Positions 1 through 10,590 of a stretch of 33,756 nucleotides of DNA are shown one piece after another. Every line of letters begins with the position of its first letter. The stretch's first letter is position 1. Below the pieces are notes generated by a model. That model did not search any database. It saw only the letters and a program-made list of their open reading frames with translations, and had not been told where the DNA came from. The DNA is from an uncultured Candidatus Peribacteria bacterium. Lineage in GTDB: Bacteria; Patescibacteriota; Gracilibacteria; CAZOKC01. The stretch lies in assembly GCA_964580335.1 (NCBI GenBank), contig CAZOKC010000001.1:7885-41640 (forward strand). The letters are read 5' to 3'. A program made the translations under genes and the position numbers.

Positions 1-1823
1 CTATAAAAGAATTTAATTCTGCTTTGATTTCTGGAACACTTACTACTGTATTTGCATTTATACCTATGCTTCTTACAGGAGGAATAATGGGTGAGTACAT
101 AAAAAGTATACCTGTCACAGTTTCAATAGTTTTACTCGCTTCTTTATTTGTAGGACTTGCACTTATAACAACTTTAGGTTCCTCTTATTTAGCTGGAGAT
201 AATCATGGTAAGAAACTTGATTTTGATTTTACATTTGGAATTAAGAAAGTATTAAATTATTACATGGAGGTAAAATATCCAGAACTTCTTGAAAAAGTTT
301 TAACTGTTCCGAAATTTGGCCGTAATTTATGTATATTTTTGACAGTATTATTTTTTGGAAGTTTCTTTTTACCTGCTACACCTTTGTTATCAGTTGATCT
401 TTTCCCTGAAGATGATCAAGAAAACTTTTTTATAAATTTTGAAAAACCTGTAGGTACAAATTTATCTTCGATGTATGAATCAATGATTCCAGTAGAGCAA
501 CTCCTTTATGAAGATAAAAGAATAGATTCTTTTGCAATATCTGTTGGAAATGTTTCAGCATCGAGTTCAAATGAATCGATTAGTAATTCAAATACAGGTA
601 GAATAATAGTTAATTTAAAAGATAAAGGAACAAGACCTGCAAGTTTTAAAATAGTTGAAGAATATAGTAAAAAACTTCCTCAAATGACCGAAGCAGATGT
701 TACAGTTAATCAACAAGTGGGAGGTCCTCCTAGTGGTTCTCCGGTTGAGATAAAAATATTTGGGGATGATATAGAAATTCTTGAAGCTAAATCTAAAGAA
801 ATCGAAAAAATATTAAAAGATACTGAAGGTACTAGAAATATCGAATCAAGTGCAAAGGAAACTAACGGGGAATTTGTTATACGTCCTGATAGAAAAAAAG
901 CTAGTTTGTATGGTGTAAATGTAAATCAAGTTGCAAGTATTTTAAGAAATTCAGTTAGAGGTACCGATGCTATTGAAATTACTGAAAATGGAGAAGATAT
1001 AGATGTAAATGTTAAATATATTTTGGATCAAAGTACTTTTGATACAAGATCAGGGAAAACAAATATTGCAAATATAGAATCTATAGAAAATATTTCTATA
1101 AAAACTCCTCAAGGGCAAATACCTCTTTCTTCTTTTGCTCAAATATCATGGGAAAGTTCAAGGTCATCTATTTTGCATGAAGGCGGTCAGAGGGTTGTTA
1201 AAGTAACAAGTGATACAATAGATGGATTTACTCCTGCTCAGATATTTAGTTCAGTTTCTCCTGAATTATCTAAGTTGGATATACCTTCGGGATATTCTAT
1301 AAAAATCGGTGGAGAAAATGAGGATACACAAGAATCATTTGCGGATATGTTGAGAGCTATGGTTGTTGCAATTGTTCTTATTCTTGCTCTTTTAGTATTT
1401 CAATTTAAGTCGTATAGACAACCTTTATTTATAATATTAGCAATTCCATTTGCGCTTATAGGTATTTTCCCAGGATTAGTTTTAGTTGGTTTACCTATAA
1501 CATTTCCAGGTGTTATAGGTATAGTTTCTCTTGCTGGTATAGTCGTAAATGATGCAATTATTTTTATAGATAATGTGAATTCTAAAAGAAAATCTGGGAT
1601 GCAAAAAAGAGAAGCTTGTATAAAAGCAGGTCATGATAGGATACAGCCAATAATTTTGACAACAATTACAACCGTAGCAGGAGTTTTACCATTAGCACTT
1701 TCTGGCGGAACATGGGGACCTTTAGGATTTTCAATAATGTTTGGAATGATAACATCAACTCTTTGTACTCCTTTGGTTGTTCCATTTCTTTATGATAGAT
1801 TTGGGGAGGAAACTATTGATTAA
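1..1823 (+). CDS. RND/AcrB-family efflux transporter, C-terminal ~600 aa (5' end outside window)
   Basis: The frame is open from base 3 to the window edge; the track's TTG at 24 is not the real start. A large soluble loop lies between hydrophobic bundles. The C-terminal TM block ..SYRQPLFIILAIPFALIG..GIVSLAGIVVNDAIIFIDNVN.. is typical of AcrB/HAE-type pumps. Confidence 0.8.
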   Translation, partial: IKEFNSALISGTLTTVFAFIPMLLTGGIMGEYIKSIPVTVSIVLLASLFVGLALITTLGSSYLAGDNHGKKLDFDFTFGIKKVLNYYMEVKYPELLEKVLTVPKFGRNLCIFLTVLFFGSFFLPATPLLSVDLFPEDDQENFFINFEKPVGTNLSSMYESMIPVEQLLYEDKRIDSFAISVGNVSASSSNESISNSNTGRIIVNLKDKGTRPASFKIVEEYSKKLPQMTEADVTVNQQVGGPPSGSPVEIKIFGDDIEILEAKSKEIEKILKDTEGTRNIESSAKETNGEFVIRPDRKKASLYGVNVNQVASILRNSVRGTDAIEITENGEDIDVNVKYILDQSTFDTRSGKTNIANIESIENISIKTPQGQIPLSSFAQISWESSRSSILHEGGQRVVKVTSDTIDGFTPAQIFSSVSPELSKLDIPSGYSIKIGGENEDTQESFADMLRAMVVAIVLILALLVFQFKSYRQPLFIILAIPFALIGIFPGLVLVGLPITFPGVIGIVSLAGIVVNDAIIFIDNVNSKRKSGMQKREACIKAGHDRIQPIILTTITTVAGVLPLALSGGTWGPLGFSIMFGMITSTLCTPLVVPFLYDRFGEETID

Positions 1824-2944
1824 ATCAGACTTGATCTTCGAAGTCTTTCAAATATTTCAATTTTGAATTTGAATAAAGCCCCGAAAAACATTATAAAAAT
1901 TATAATATTAAATAAATCTCCAATATAAGGGATACTTGAAATTAATTTTATTATTATAATCCCGAGTATTGAATAAACGAATATTGATGTTTTAGAAAGA
2001 CTTTCAGGTTTTTTGAAATATACAAATAAAGCAAATCCAAATAATGGATAAAATATTATATTTATTATAAAAAGTCCAAAACTTAATAATATTGTGAGAG
2101 GCCATAAAACAGGAATTACTAATATGGAAACTAATATTGATATAATCCATAAAATTTGTATTAAGAATCCATATAAAAAATTACTTGTAGGATTTTCGTA
2201 AATTTTCTCTGCAACTACAGAAAATAAATTTGGTAAAGTTAGACTTAAAAGTAATGTTATAAGAAAGACTCCCATACTGAAGCTTCCTGTAAACACTCGT
2301 GATAAAGTTTCTTTGGTGTGGTCTTGTAATGTGATTTTGTTAAAATTTATATATCCATCAACTTTTGGATCAATTTTTTGTGTATCTAAACTAGATGATT
2401 TTATATTTAAATTTCCTCTTATTTTACCTTTTTCACCAAAATTTAAATTGTTAGTTATTATGTTCAAATCTTTTGATATATTTCCTTCAATATTTAAATT
2501 TTCTACTGCACCAAAAGTATTTTCGGTATTGTTCCCAAGTATTTTAGCTTCATTGCTTGCAAAATAAACTTCACCTTCTAAAAGGGCATTTTCTCCAATT
2601 TCAAATATAGTTGAAGCAGAGTATATATCTCCTTTCACATTACTATTTATTGTCAAAAATGCACTTGCAGAGTGTATATTTCCCAAAACAGTTCCATTTA
2701 TAGTTATTTCATTTCCTGCCAAAAACAAATCTCCATTTATATTTCCACTTATTATAATTTTATTACCTCCTGCATATATGTTTCCATTTACATCATTGTT
2801 TACTTCAACATTATTTGAAAGTATAAAAAGATTACTATTTTCTTTTGTGGCTATATTTACTTTTTCATCTACAAAAAATGAAGATTTTGCAAAGGTTAAA
2901 GTTGGGATAAAAATGAGAAAAAATAATGTAAAAACTTTTTTCAT
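1820..2944 (-). CDS. Membrane protein with signal peptide, bactofilin-like beta-helix repeat ectodomain and polytopic C-terminal TM region
   Basis: 374-aa ORF. N-terminal signal MKKVFTLFFLIFIPTLTFA. Repeated short units follow (GNIYAGGNKIIISGNINGDLFLAGNEITINGTVLGNIHS..KGDIYS..EGEVYF), as in polymer-forming/bactofilin-like beta-helices. About 5 hydrophobic helices sit at the C-terminus. Function unknown. Confidence 0.6.
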   Translation of the reverse strand: MKKVFTLFFLIFIPTLTFAKSSFFVDEKVNIATKENSNLFILSNNVEVNNDVNGNIYAGGNKIIISGNINGDLFLAGNEITINGTVLGNIHSASAFLTINSNVKGDIYSASTIFEIGENALLEGEVYFASNEAKILGNNTENTFGAVENLNIEGNISKDLNIITNNLNFGEKGKIRGNLNIKSSSLDTQKIDPKVDGYINFNKITLQDHTKETLSRVFTGSFSMGVFLITLLLSLTLPNLFSVVAEKIYENPTSNFLYGFLIQILWIISILVSILVIPVLWPLTILLSFGLFIINIIFYPLFGFALFVYFKKPESLSKTSIFVYSILGIIIIKLISSIPYIGDLFNIIIFIMFFGALFKFKIEIFERLRRSSLI

Positions 2945-3110
2945 AATAGATTTGTAATATTAAAAATTATTTGGATATTAAATATGATGAAGATTTTTTT
3001 AGATGTATATGTGGTGGTTTTGGATTTAATATTTTTTATTAAGAGTTATTATAATTTTATATTAATATTTAGATTTTTTAATATTTTTCAAGTAGTAGTC
3101 AATTTTTTAA

Positions 3111-4220
3111 TTATTTTAGATATCCACCCAAAAACTCTTTCTTAAATTCCCTAAATCTATTTTCCGAAATAGCAATTCTAGTCTTTTCCATCAATTTATT
3201 TAAAAAATGAATATTGTTGAGTGAAAGGATTCTCGAAGCAAGCATTTCATTTTCCACAATTAAATGTCTTATATAAGCTTTTGAGTATTTCTTAAGAGGT
3301 TCGTAAATCCATTCATCTGTATCCATTGGCGATAAGTCTTCTTTGAATTCTGCATTTTTCATATTCTTCATACCAGTCGAAGTAAATGCAACTCCATGTC
3401 TACCAAGTCTTGTTGGTATCACGCAATCAAACATATCGATTCCGCGTTCTACAAATTCAAGTAGATCTTCAGGCATTCCTATTCCCATTACATATCTTGG
3501 TCTTGGATCATCACCAAGTGTTTCTACCACCCACTGTGCTTGTTTGTACATTTCTTCTTTCGACTCACCTCCATTTCCTATGCTTCCTATCGCAAATCCT
3601 TTCACTGGAAATTGCATCGCAAACTTTGTTGCTTCTTTTCTTTGGTCTTCATGTAGTGCACCTTGGATTATCGGAAAAAGCCATTGTTTATTTGTATCAC
3701 AAACTTTATTGTAATGAATCCATGCTTGTTCCCACCATTTAAATGTAAGAGCCATCATTTTCTTCGATTCTTCATAGGGGGTTTTTGCGCTGGTACAAAC
3801 ATCAAGTGGCATCATGATATTACTTCCTATATCACGTTGTATTTCTATTACTTTTTCGGGAGTGAAAATATGTTTTGACCCATCTAAATGCGATTTGAAC
3901 TCTACTCCGTCATCTTTTATCTTCACATTATTTTCTTCCTTATTTCCAGAACCAAGTGAGAATACTTGAAAACCGCCACTATCTGTAAGTATTGGTCTTT
4001 CCCAATTCATAAATTTATGAAGTCCTCCGACTTTTTTCATAATCTCTTGCCCGGGCCTCATGTATAAATGATAAGTATTTCCAAGTATTATTTGGCAACC
4101 TATATCATTAAGTTCCTCGGGAGTAAGTCCTTTCACCGTCCCTTTCGTACCACATGGCATGAAGAGGGGAGTTTGGATTTGGAATCCTCTTAAATCAAAA
4201 TTGAGAGTTCTTTGAAACAT
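3111..4220 (-). CDS. tgt: tRNA-guanine transglycosylase (queuine/preQ1 tRNA-ribosyltransferase)
   Basis: 369 aa with motifs MPCGTKGTVKGL, LGNTYHL, LTDSGGFQV, MPLDVCT and GIDMFDCVIPTR (catalytic Asp residues present). The C-terminal Zn-site Cys/His residues are absent (see findings). Confidence 0.9.
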   Translation of the reverse strand: MFQRTLNFDLRGFQIQTPLFMPCGTKGTVKGLTPEELNDIGCQIILGNTYHLYMRPGQEIMKKVGGLHKFMNWERPILTDSGGFQVFSLGSGNKEENNVKIKDDGVEFKSHLDGSKHIFTPEKVIEIQRDIGSNIMMPLDVCTSAKTPYEESKKMMALTFKWWEQAWIHYNKVCDTNKQWLFPIIQGALHEDQRKEATKFAMQFPVKGFAIGSIGNGGESKEEMYKQAQWVVETLGDDPRPRYVMGIGMPEDLLEFVERGIDMFDCVIPTRLGRHGVAFTSTGMKNMKNAEFKEDLSPMDTDEWIYEPLKKYSKAYIRHLIVENEMLASRILSLNNIHFLNKLMEKTRIAISENRFREFKKEFLGGYLK

Positions 4221-4243
4221 AGTTTTGTTGACCTAATAAAAAA

Positions 4244-4771
4244 ATGTATTATTATCCTGGACTATTTATTCTTATGAGTCAAGAAATCTCAAATTGTTCA
4301 AATGGAAGTTTAATAATTGTTGATGATGATAGAAGAATTTGTAGTACATTGGAAATGATAATGAGTGATGAAAAAATTCCAGTTGATGGAGTATTTCACA
4401 GTGCTGAAGACTTTATTCGAAAATTGGATGAAATTTTAAGTTCTGATAGAGAAAATATTTGTGTACTTCTTGATAATCAAATGGGCGGAATAACTGGTCT
4501 TGAGATGTTAGAGAAAATTTCTTCTACAATTTTATCAACCAAAGTAAAAATAAGATTTATTCTTTTTACTGCAAATGGAAATTGCCCTGATGTTTTGAAG
4601 AGTGTAAGATCAAATGCATTATATAGATCATATTTAGTAGCGTTAATGGATAAACCTTGTAACTTGGATCATATTTTAAGTCTTGTGAATCATCTTTTGG
4701 GGAAGGCGAATATTTTCGATCAATTTGATACAGAAAAAATTGAACAACTTGATTTTTCTTGCATTTCCTAA
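4244..4771 (+). CDS. Stand-alone CheY-like receiver (REC) domain protein
   Basis: LIIVDDD (acidic pocket), [15 protein letters not shown] (phospho-acceptor Asp), FILFTANG (Thr) and MDKP (Lys). No output domain. An alternative start is ATG 4274 (MSQEIS..). Confidence 0.7.
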   Translation: MYYYPGLFILMSQEISNCSNGSLIIVDDDRRICSTLEMIMSDEKIPVDGVFHSAEDFIRKLDEILSSDRENICVLLDNQMGGITGLEMLEKISSTILSTKVKIRFILFTANGNCPDVLKSVRSNALYRSYLVALMDKPCNLDHILSLVNHLLGKANIFDQFDTEKIEQLDFSCIS

Positions 4772-4835
4772 ACTATCCTGTATCTTACATTTGCGTTTTT
4801 CAATACGCTATTTTATTAAGTATTTTAAACTCCAT

Positions 4836-6914
4836 ATGCCAGAAGTAAATTTGAACAAAGTAAGAAATATCGGTATTATTGCACATATCGATGCAGGTAA
4901 AACTACCACAACTGAGAGAATATTATTTTATACAGGAGTTAACTACAAAATCGGAGAAGTTCATGAAGGAGAGGCAACTATGGACTGGATGGAACAAGAA
5001 AGAGAAAGAGGAATTACAATCACTTCAGCGGCTACAACATGTTTCTGGAAAGATTGTCTTTTGAATATTATAGATACACCTGGACACGTGGATTTTACAG
5101 TAGAAGTACAAAGATCTCTTAGAGTTCTAGATGGAGGAGTTACAGTATTTGATGGGGTTGCTGGAGTAGAACCACAATCTGAGACAGTTTGGAGACAAGC
5201 TGATGAATACAAAGTTCCAAGAATTTGTTTCATAAATAAACTTGATAGAACTGGAGCAAGTTTTGAAAAATCATTTAAATCTATTCAAGACAGACTTACA
5301 AAGAAAGCTTGGCCTATCCAACTTAATATGGGTGAAGAATCTGATTTCAAAGGAATTATAGATTTGGTTACTATGAGAGCTTTTACTTATCATGATGATC
5401 TTGGTAAAAATATTGAAGAATCAGATGTTCCTTTAGAGTATGTTGAAAGTGCTAAAAAATGGAGAAGTGGAATGCTTGAAAAAATAGCTGAAGCTGATGA
5501 TACTTTCATGGAAGGATATTTGGGAGGGAAAGAATTTTCAGTAGATGAAATAAAGGCAGCGATAAGAAGAGGAACTCTATCAAATCAATTTGTTCCTGTG
5601 GTTACTGGTACTGCCTTAAAAAATAAAGGAGTACAAAAACTTCTTGATGCTGTTTGTGATTATCTTCCATCACCTCTTGATAAAGGAGACGTGGTTGGTC
5701 ATGATGTAGATGATGAAGGAAAAGAAATAAGAAGAAAACCTGATGATGCTGAACCACTTTCTGCTCTTGCATTCAAAATATATTCAGATCCTTTCGTAGG
5801 TAAACTTACTTTCGTGAGAGTTTATTCTGGAGTTCTTAAATCTGGAAGTTATGTTTATAATACTTCAACAGGTCAGAAAGAAAGAATCGGTCGTCTTCTT
5901 CAAATGCATGCTAACTCAAGAAAAGAAATCGAGGCAATACATGCAGGACATATTGGAGCTGTAGTTGGTCTTAAAGATACAAAAACAGGGCAAACTCTTG
6001 CAGATGAAGATAAACCAATGCTTCTTGAATCTATCAAATTCCCAGATCCAGTTATCTCTATTGCGATTGAACCAAAGACAAAAGCTGACCAAGAAAAAAT
6101 GGGTATGGCTCTTGCTAGACTTGCAGATGAAGATCCAACATTTAGAGTAAGATCAGATGAAGAAATAAATCAAACAATTATTTCAGGAATGGGAGAATTG
6201 CATCTTGATATCATCGTGGACAGAATGAAAAGAGAATTTAAAGTGGAAGCGAATATTGGTAAACCTCAAGTAGCTTATAGAGAAACTATACAAAAGGCAT
6301 CTAGGGGAGAAGAAAAATATTCAAAACAAACTGGTGGTAAAGGTCAATATGGTCACGTTGTTCTTACTATTGAACCAAATGAAGCAGGAAAAGGATATGA
6401 ATTTGTTAATGAAATCAAAGGTGGTTCTATCCCAAATGAGTTTATCCCTGCCGTAGATAAAGGTATTAAAGAAGCTCTTACAAAAGGAGTTGTAGCTGGA
6501 TATCCTATCGAAGATGTGAAAGTTAGACTTCAAGATGGTTCTTACCATGATGTAGACTCTTCAGAATTTGCGTTCAAACTTGCAGGAAGTATCGCTTTCC
6601 AACAAGCTGCTAAACAAGCTGATCCTGTACTTCTTGAACCTATAATGGATGTAGAAGTTGTGACTCCAGAACAATTCATGGGAGACGTAATGGGTGATAT
6701 AAATTCAAGGCGTGGGCAAATAGTTGAAATGTCAGACAGAGGTGGAAATAAAGTTATAAAAGCTCGTGTACCTCTTGCTACGATGTTTGGATATATCGGA
6801 GATTTGAGATCTATGTCACAAGGAAGAGCTTCATTTGTGATGCAACCACTTCATTATGAAAAAGTTCCTTCAAATATTGCTACTGAAATCAAGAAAGAAA
6901 GAGGAATAGAATAA
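4836..6914 (+). CDS. fusA: Translation elongation factor G
   Basis: ATG at 4836 gives [47 protein letters not shown], 692 aa full length. The track start at 4725 is an in-frame upstream extension that overlaps the preceding gene. Confidence 0.95.
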   Translation: MPEVNLNKVRNIGIIAHIDAGKTTTTERILFYTGVNYKIGEVHEGEATMDWMEQERERGITITSAATTCFWKDCLLNIIDTPGHVDFTVEVQRSLRVLDGGVTVFDGVAGVEPQSETVWRQADEYKVPRICFINKLDRTGASFEKSFKSIQDRLTKKAWPIQLNMGEESDFKGIIDLVTMRAFTYHDDLGKNIEESDVPLEYVESAKKWRSGMLEKIAEADDTFMEGYLGGKEFSVDEIKAAIRRGTLSNQFVPVVTGTALKNKGVQKLLDAVCDYLPSPLDKGDVVGHDVDDEGKEIRRKPDDAEPLSALAFKIYSDPFVGKLTFVRVYSGVLKSGSYVYNTSTGQKERIGRLLQMHANSRKEIEAIHAGHIGAVVGLKDTKTGQTLADEDKPMLLESIKFPDPVISIAIEPKTKADQEKMGMALARLADEDPTFRVRSDEEINQTIISGMGELHLDIIVDRMKREFKVEANIGKPQVAYRETIQKASRGEEKYSKQTGGKGQYGHVVLTIEPNEAGKGYEFVNEIKGGSIPNEFIPAVDKGIKEALTKGVVAGYPIEDVKVRLQDGSYHDVDSSEFAFKLAGSIAFQQAAKQADPVLLEPIMDVEVVTPEQFMGDVMGDINSRRGQIVEMSDRGGNKVIKARVPLATMFGYIGDLRSMSQGRASFVMQPLHYEKVPSNIATEIKKERGIE

Positions 6915-6927
6915 GTAGTTATGATAA

Positions 6928-7026
6928 AGAATAAGATACATCATTTCTGAACGATTTGTGCGATACTTGTCGTACATGTTAGACAAGGGTTTGAGCACAG
7001 AAGTGAAGAATGATGTATCTTATTTT
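6928..7026 (+). terminator. Long imperfect hairpin (18-bp outer stem) downstream of fusA; probable terminator or other structured element
   Basis: AATAAGATACATCATT (6930-6945) is the exact reverse complement of AATGATGTATCTTATT (7009-7024). The stem extends by a G-U and an A-U pair. Inner helices are TGTGC/GCACA and CTTGTC/GACAAG. A TTTT run follows. Confidence 0.45.
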
Positions 7027-7192
7027 AATAGTATAGCGTATGTCGAACGATAGCCAAAGACTACGAAGCATAATAGGAAATCATTGTTTTTATACAAAGT
7101 ATCAATAATTTCTTATGTCAATTAGAACAAATTTGGCTTTGTTCGTATACATATGGATATATAGTATATTTATCAGGTATTTAAAAATGTAA

Positions 7193-9859
7193 ATGCCCAA
7201 TTTGAAAGAGCAAAATAGTTTTACCCGACTCAAATCATTTTTCATTTTTAGTTTTGCGATAGTTTTTATAAGTTCACTTTTATCGACACTTGGTTATATA
7301 AAATCACCACTTGAAAATGACTCTTACAATTTACTTGGAGATTTGAATATAAATGATGTTTTACAAGCCAATCTTTTTGAAGAAGTTGGAAGTGTAAGAA
7401 CTGTCAATCTTTCAAGTGAACCATCGGCTTTTGATATGGGTGCCAGTGCAGATGGTGGATTTGTTATAGTTTGGAATCAGATCATATCTTCAGGAAATGC
7501 TAGTGATTCTAAAATTACACTGGAAAGATACAATAAAGATGGAAGAAAAGTTGGAGGAGGTCAAATTGTAAATGCAAATCCAAATAAAAATGCTTATGAT
7601 CCAAGTATTTCAGTTACTTCAGATGGTACTTATGCTGTAGCGTGGGCAGAATTTGATTCTTCAGGAAACTCACAAATATATGCAAGAAGATATAAAAGTG
7701 ATGATACGCCGATCGATACATCGCCTATAAGGGTTACTGACAATCGAAGTGATAAAGATGTTAAAAAACCAAGTATTGCGATGAATGAAAATAAGTCATT
7801 TTTGGTAGCTTGGCAAATAGGTGATTTAAATGATATAGAATTTGATAGTGTGGGAAAAGAACTAAAAGCTAAAATTTATACAGAAAGTAATGGTATTTTG
7901 TCTTCATCTGATGTTTCTTTTTCTCCTCCAAGAGGATTTGTTGGGGTTTCTGGATTTATGGATAGTTCAATTAATAAAAATGGTAAATATGCTGTAACTT
8001 TCCGTGGAGAAGGTAATCCTAATTCTGATCAAATTCATAAAGGGATATATACTGTATCAAATATTACAGGAAGTAATCTTGAAACAAATACTTCACAAGG
8101 AGGTATTTTGGATTATCCAAGTGTGTTTATAGATGAAAAGAATAATATGGTTGTATCATGGAAATTTACTTCAAATAATGATAATTCAACTGAAGATGTG
8201 TTTATAGATTTTTACAAAAATGGATCGATAGCAAATAATGATTTTCTTGTAAATACTCCATCTCCTGATATAGCTTATTTCAAACCTTTTTCTGTTATTT
8301 CAAATTCTGACGAAGTCATTATTTATTATTTAAAGCAAAATTTTAGTAATGGGAATATAGATGTCTTTGCAAATCTATATGATTCAACTCTTACTCTAAA
8401 AGAAGGACCGAAAGAAATTGTTAAAGATATTTCTATTGATATTGGATTTTATAATTATGTTTTCAAATTGAATGATAACAGATTCTTATCATCTTGGGTT
8501 GATGGTTCTGGGAAGAAATTGAATTTTGTTGTTTCAGGAGCTAAACCTCCTGTAGCTGATACCGATGGAGATGGTGTAAAAGATGATGTTGACAATTGTA
8601 TAGAGGACAAAAATCCTGATCAAAAAGATACAGATGAAGATGGTATAGGTGATGTTTGTGATGATGCGCCTTCTGTTAAATCATCGGGTGGTAGTTCTAG
8701 ACCAAGATGTTCTCCAGGAGATACTTCTTGTAATGAAGTTTTAAATATTCCTAAAGTTGAATTTGAATTTAGAAAAAATGAAGATGAAGAAAAAACATCT
8801 ATCGAATATTTTGGGTATTTTTTGGAACCTTATGTTTCTGAATCAGAAAAAACTTCAACTTCTTCACAACCTAGTACTCAAATTGATAGAGGAGGTAAAG
8901 AAAAAAAATTGAAGGCGAGTGAATTTTTGAAAGAATCAAAATGTTTGTATCTTTCCAAATTTGATTTTGGAATTAATGATTTTGTGACATATCCTGATAG
9001 TGGAGAGGATTTTGAGCTTGAAAAAGGAGATATACTTAAAACTGAATGTGATAAAGAAAGAAAATTTACTTTAGATGGTACTAAAACTACTGATGAGTTC
9101 TCTTTTGAATTTTATTTTAGTAAGGTAGATATAAAAAATATTAAAAAGAAAGTAGGTTCAGGTTCTTTAGTAAATACAAAAAATGTTATTTCAAGTGATG
9201 TTAAAAAAGATCTTGAAACGGATCCAAGAGGGCTTGAATTTTTTATTAGTTTGCATGAGACAAAAGAAGTAACAAAAGATTTTGTTCAAACTTTCATATC
9301 AACAAAATTTCCAAAATTTGATCCTAAGGTTATGGAAATTTTTATAGAAAAATTTAATTTTGATAAACAAGAATTTGAACCCGATATATCATTAGCTCTT
9401 CTATCTGACCTTGTTTATAAAATAAGAGTGGATGATAGATCTATGGAAATTCTTAATCAAAAATTTGATCTAGGCAAAGATAAAGATGGTAAACAAATAC
9501 CTTTTAGAGTTGGAGAAGACTTTGAATTTGAAATGCAGGTAAAAAATGGAGAAGCACCTTATATTTGGTCTATTGATACATTAAAAGCTCCCGATGGATG
9601 TAGTATTATCCCAAGTAGAGGAATATTTTATTGTACACCAACTGAGTCAGGTTATTTTTCATTTGATATTACTGTGAAAGATTCAAATAATAATTCTAAA
9701 TCAAAGAAATTTGATATATTTATTGAAGCTTCCGAAGAATCTTGTTTTATAGGTAAATATATAGAATGTGAAAATTCATCAACAGAACTTGGTTTTATAA
9801 CTTGTATTATGCAAAAGTATGCCAAGGACTGGGTAAAAACTTCTTTATTTGGTAATTAA
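7193..9859 (+). CDS. Large membrane-anchored/secreted surface protein (blade-like repeats, TSP type-3 Ca-binding repeats, Ig-like domain)
   Basis: 888 aa. N-terminal hydrophobic anchor FFIFSFAIVFISSLLSTLGYI. Recurring ..V.W.. units (FVIVWNQ, YAVAWAEF, FLVAWQIG, MVVSWKF). DTDGDGVKDDVDNCIEDKNPDQKDTDEDGIGDVCDD at 8558-8665 resembles thrombospondin type-3 repeats. An Ig-like segment sits at about 9499-9724 (EAPYIWSID..YCTPTESGYFSFDITVKD), followed by a Cys-rich tail. Confidence 0.8.
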   Translation: MPNLKEQNSFTRLKSFFIFSFAIVFISSLLSTLGYIKSPLENDSYNLLGDLNINDVLQANLFEEVGSVRTVNLSSEPSAFDMGASADGGFVIVWNQIISSGNASDSKITLERYNKDGRKVGGGQIVNANPNKNAYDPSISVTSDGTYAVAWAEFDSSGNSQIYARRYKSDDTPIDTSPIRVTDNRSDKDVKKPSIAMNENKSFLVAWQIGDLNDIEFDSVGKELKAKIYTESNGILSSSDVSFSPPRGFVGVSGFMDSSINKNGKYAVTFRGEGNPNSDQIHKGIYTVSNITGSNLETNTSQGGILDYPSVFIDEKNNMVVSWKFTSNNDNSTEDVFIDFYKNGSIANNDFLVNTPSPDIAYFKPFSVISNSDEVIIYYLKQNFSNGNIDVFANLYDSTLTLKEGPKEIVKDISIDIGFYNYVFKLNDNRFLSSWVDGSGKKLNFVVSGAKPPVADTDGDGVKDDVDNCIEDKNPDQKDTDEDGIGDVCDDAPSVKSSGGSSRPRCSPGDTSCNEVLNIPKVEFEFRKNEDEEKTSIEYFGYFLEPYVSESEKTSTSSQPSTQIDRGGKEKKLKASEFLKESKCLYLSKFDFGINDFVTYPDSGEDFELEKGDILKTECDKERKFTLDGTKTTDEFSFEFYFSKVDIKNIKKKVGSGSLVNTKNVISSDVKKDLETDPRGLEFFISLHETKEVTKDFVQTFISTKFPKFDPKVMEIFIEKFNFDKQEFEPDISLALLSDLVYKIRVDDRSMEILNQKFDLGKDKDGKQIPFRVGEDFEFEMQVKNGEAPYIWSIDTLKAPDGCSIIPSRGIFYCTPTESGYFSFDITVKDSNNNSKSKKFDIFIEASEESCFIGKYIECENSSTELGFITCIMQKYAKDWVKTSLFGN

Positions 9860-9866
9860 TTTTTTT

Positions 9867-10589
9867 ATGAATATCAAGAAATTTATAACATTATCTTTTT
9901 TTGGTTTATTTTTTATTTTAAATATTCAAAATGTTTTAGCTGCTCCTAAGCTTAGATTGGATGTATCTTATACAAAAGAAGAAAGTGTACTTTTTTTAAA
10001 TATAAAAGAACCAAAAGGATTATCTAGAAATTTGGAATCAGAAAAGATTATTTCTATATCGATGGACATAAGATATAATAGTTCCATTGATTATGTTGGG
10101 GCAAAAGGCCTTAGTGCAGTAAAAGGTGTAAATGTTAAAGATGATGAAGGAAAATTATCTTTACTTGTTATAGATTTAAATGATATTTCATCGTTTAAAA
10201 ATGATGGGGTAAATCTTAGGTTCAAAATAAATAATGACAAAAATATAGTTATAAATCCTATTGGAACTTTTGCTACTATAAATTCAAAAGATAAGGTCAA
10301 TATTGAATTCAATCCAAAAGAAATTTTGATAGGAGACAATACTTCTTCAATAGTACCTGTAGAGATAGATGAAGATATTTTACCTATAGAAGATGTAGAT
10401 TTAGAAACTTCTGAACCAGGAATTGATCCTTCGACATATTCAAATGATGTTATGCAAAATAATTTGATGCAGGATGATATTGTGAAAGAAAATAAACCTT
10501 TGCCAAGCTCGGGAAGTTCAAGTTATCTTATTTTACTTATGGCATTTTTAGTTTTTGCAGTTTCAAGACTTGCTTTATCAAAAAGATAA
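9867..10589 (+). CDS. Sortase-substrate surface protein with cohesin-like beta domain (LPSSG sorting signal)
   Basis: ATG 9867 gives signal peptide MNIKKFITLSFFGLFFILNIQNVLA. The C-terminus is LPSSG, then a hydrophobic stretch YLILLMAFLVFAV, then a basic SRLALSKR tail (10500-10586), which is a classical cell-wall sorting signal. The cohesin-like call for the middle region rests on sequence pattern only. Confidence 0.75.
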   Translation: MNIKKFITLSFFGLFFILNIQNVLAAPKLRLDVSYTKEESVLFLNIKEPKGLSRNLESEKIISISMDIRYNSSIDYVGAKGLSAVKGVNVKDDEGKLSLLVIDLNDISSFKNDGVNLRFKINNDKNIVINPIGTFATINSKDKVNIEFNPKEILIGDNTSSIVPVEIDEDILPIEDVDLETSEPGIDPSTYSNDVMQNNLMQDDIVKENKPLPSSGSSSYLILLMAFLVFAVSRLALSKR

Positions 10590-10590
10590 T

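Noticed and set aside
4725-4835. N-terminal 37-aa extension of EF-G. Similar upstream extensions appear in the track for rplY (16307), the GT4 gene (19427), 9849 and 10555.
   Set aside because: The extensions overlap the preceding genes and are hydrophobic or low-complexity. Internal ATGs reproduce the canonical N-termini ([32 protein letters not shown].., signal peptides).
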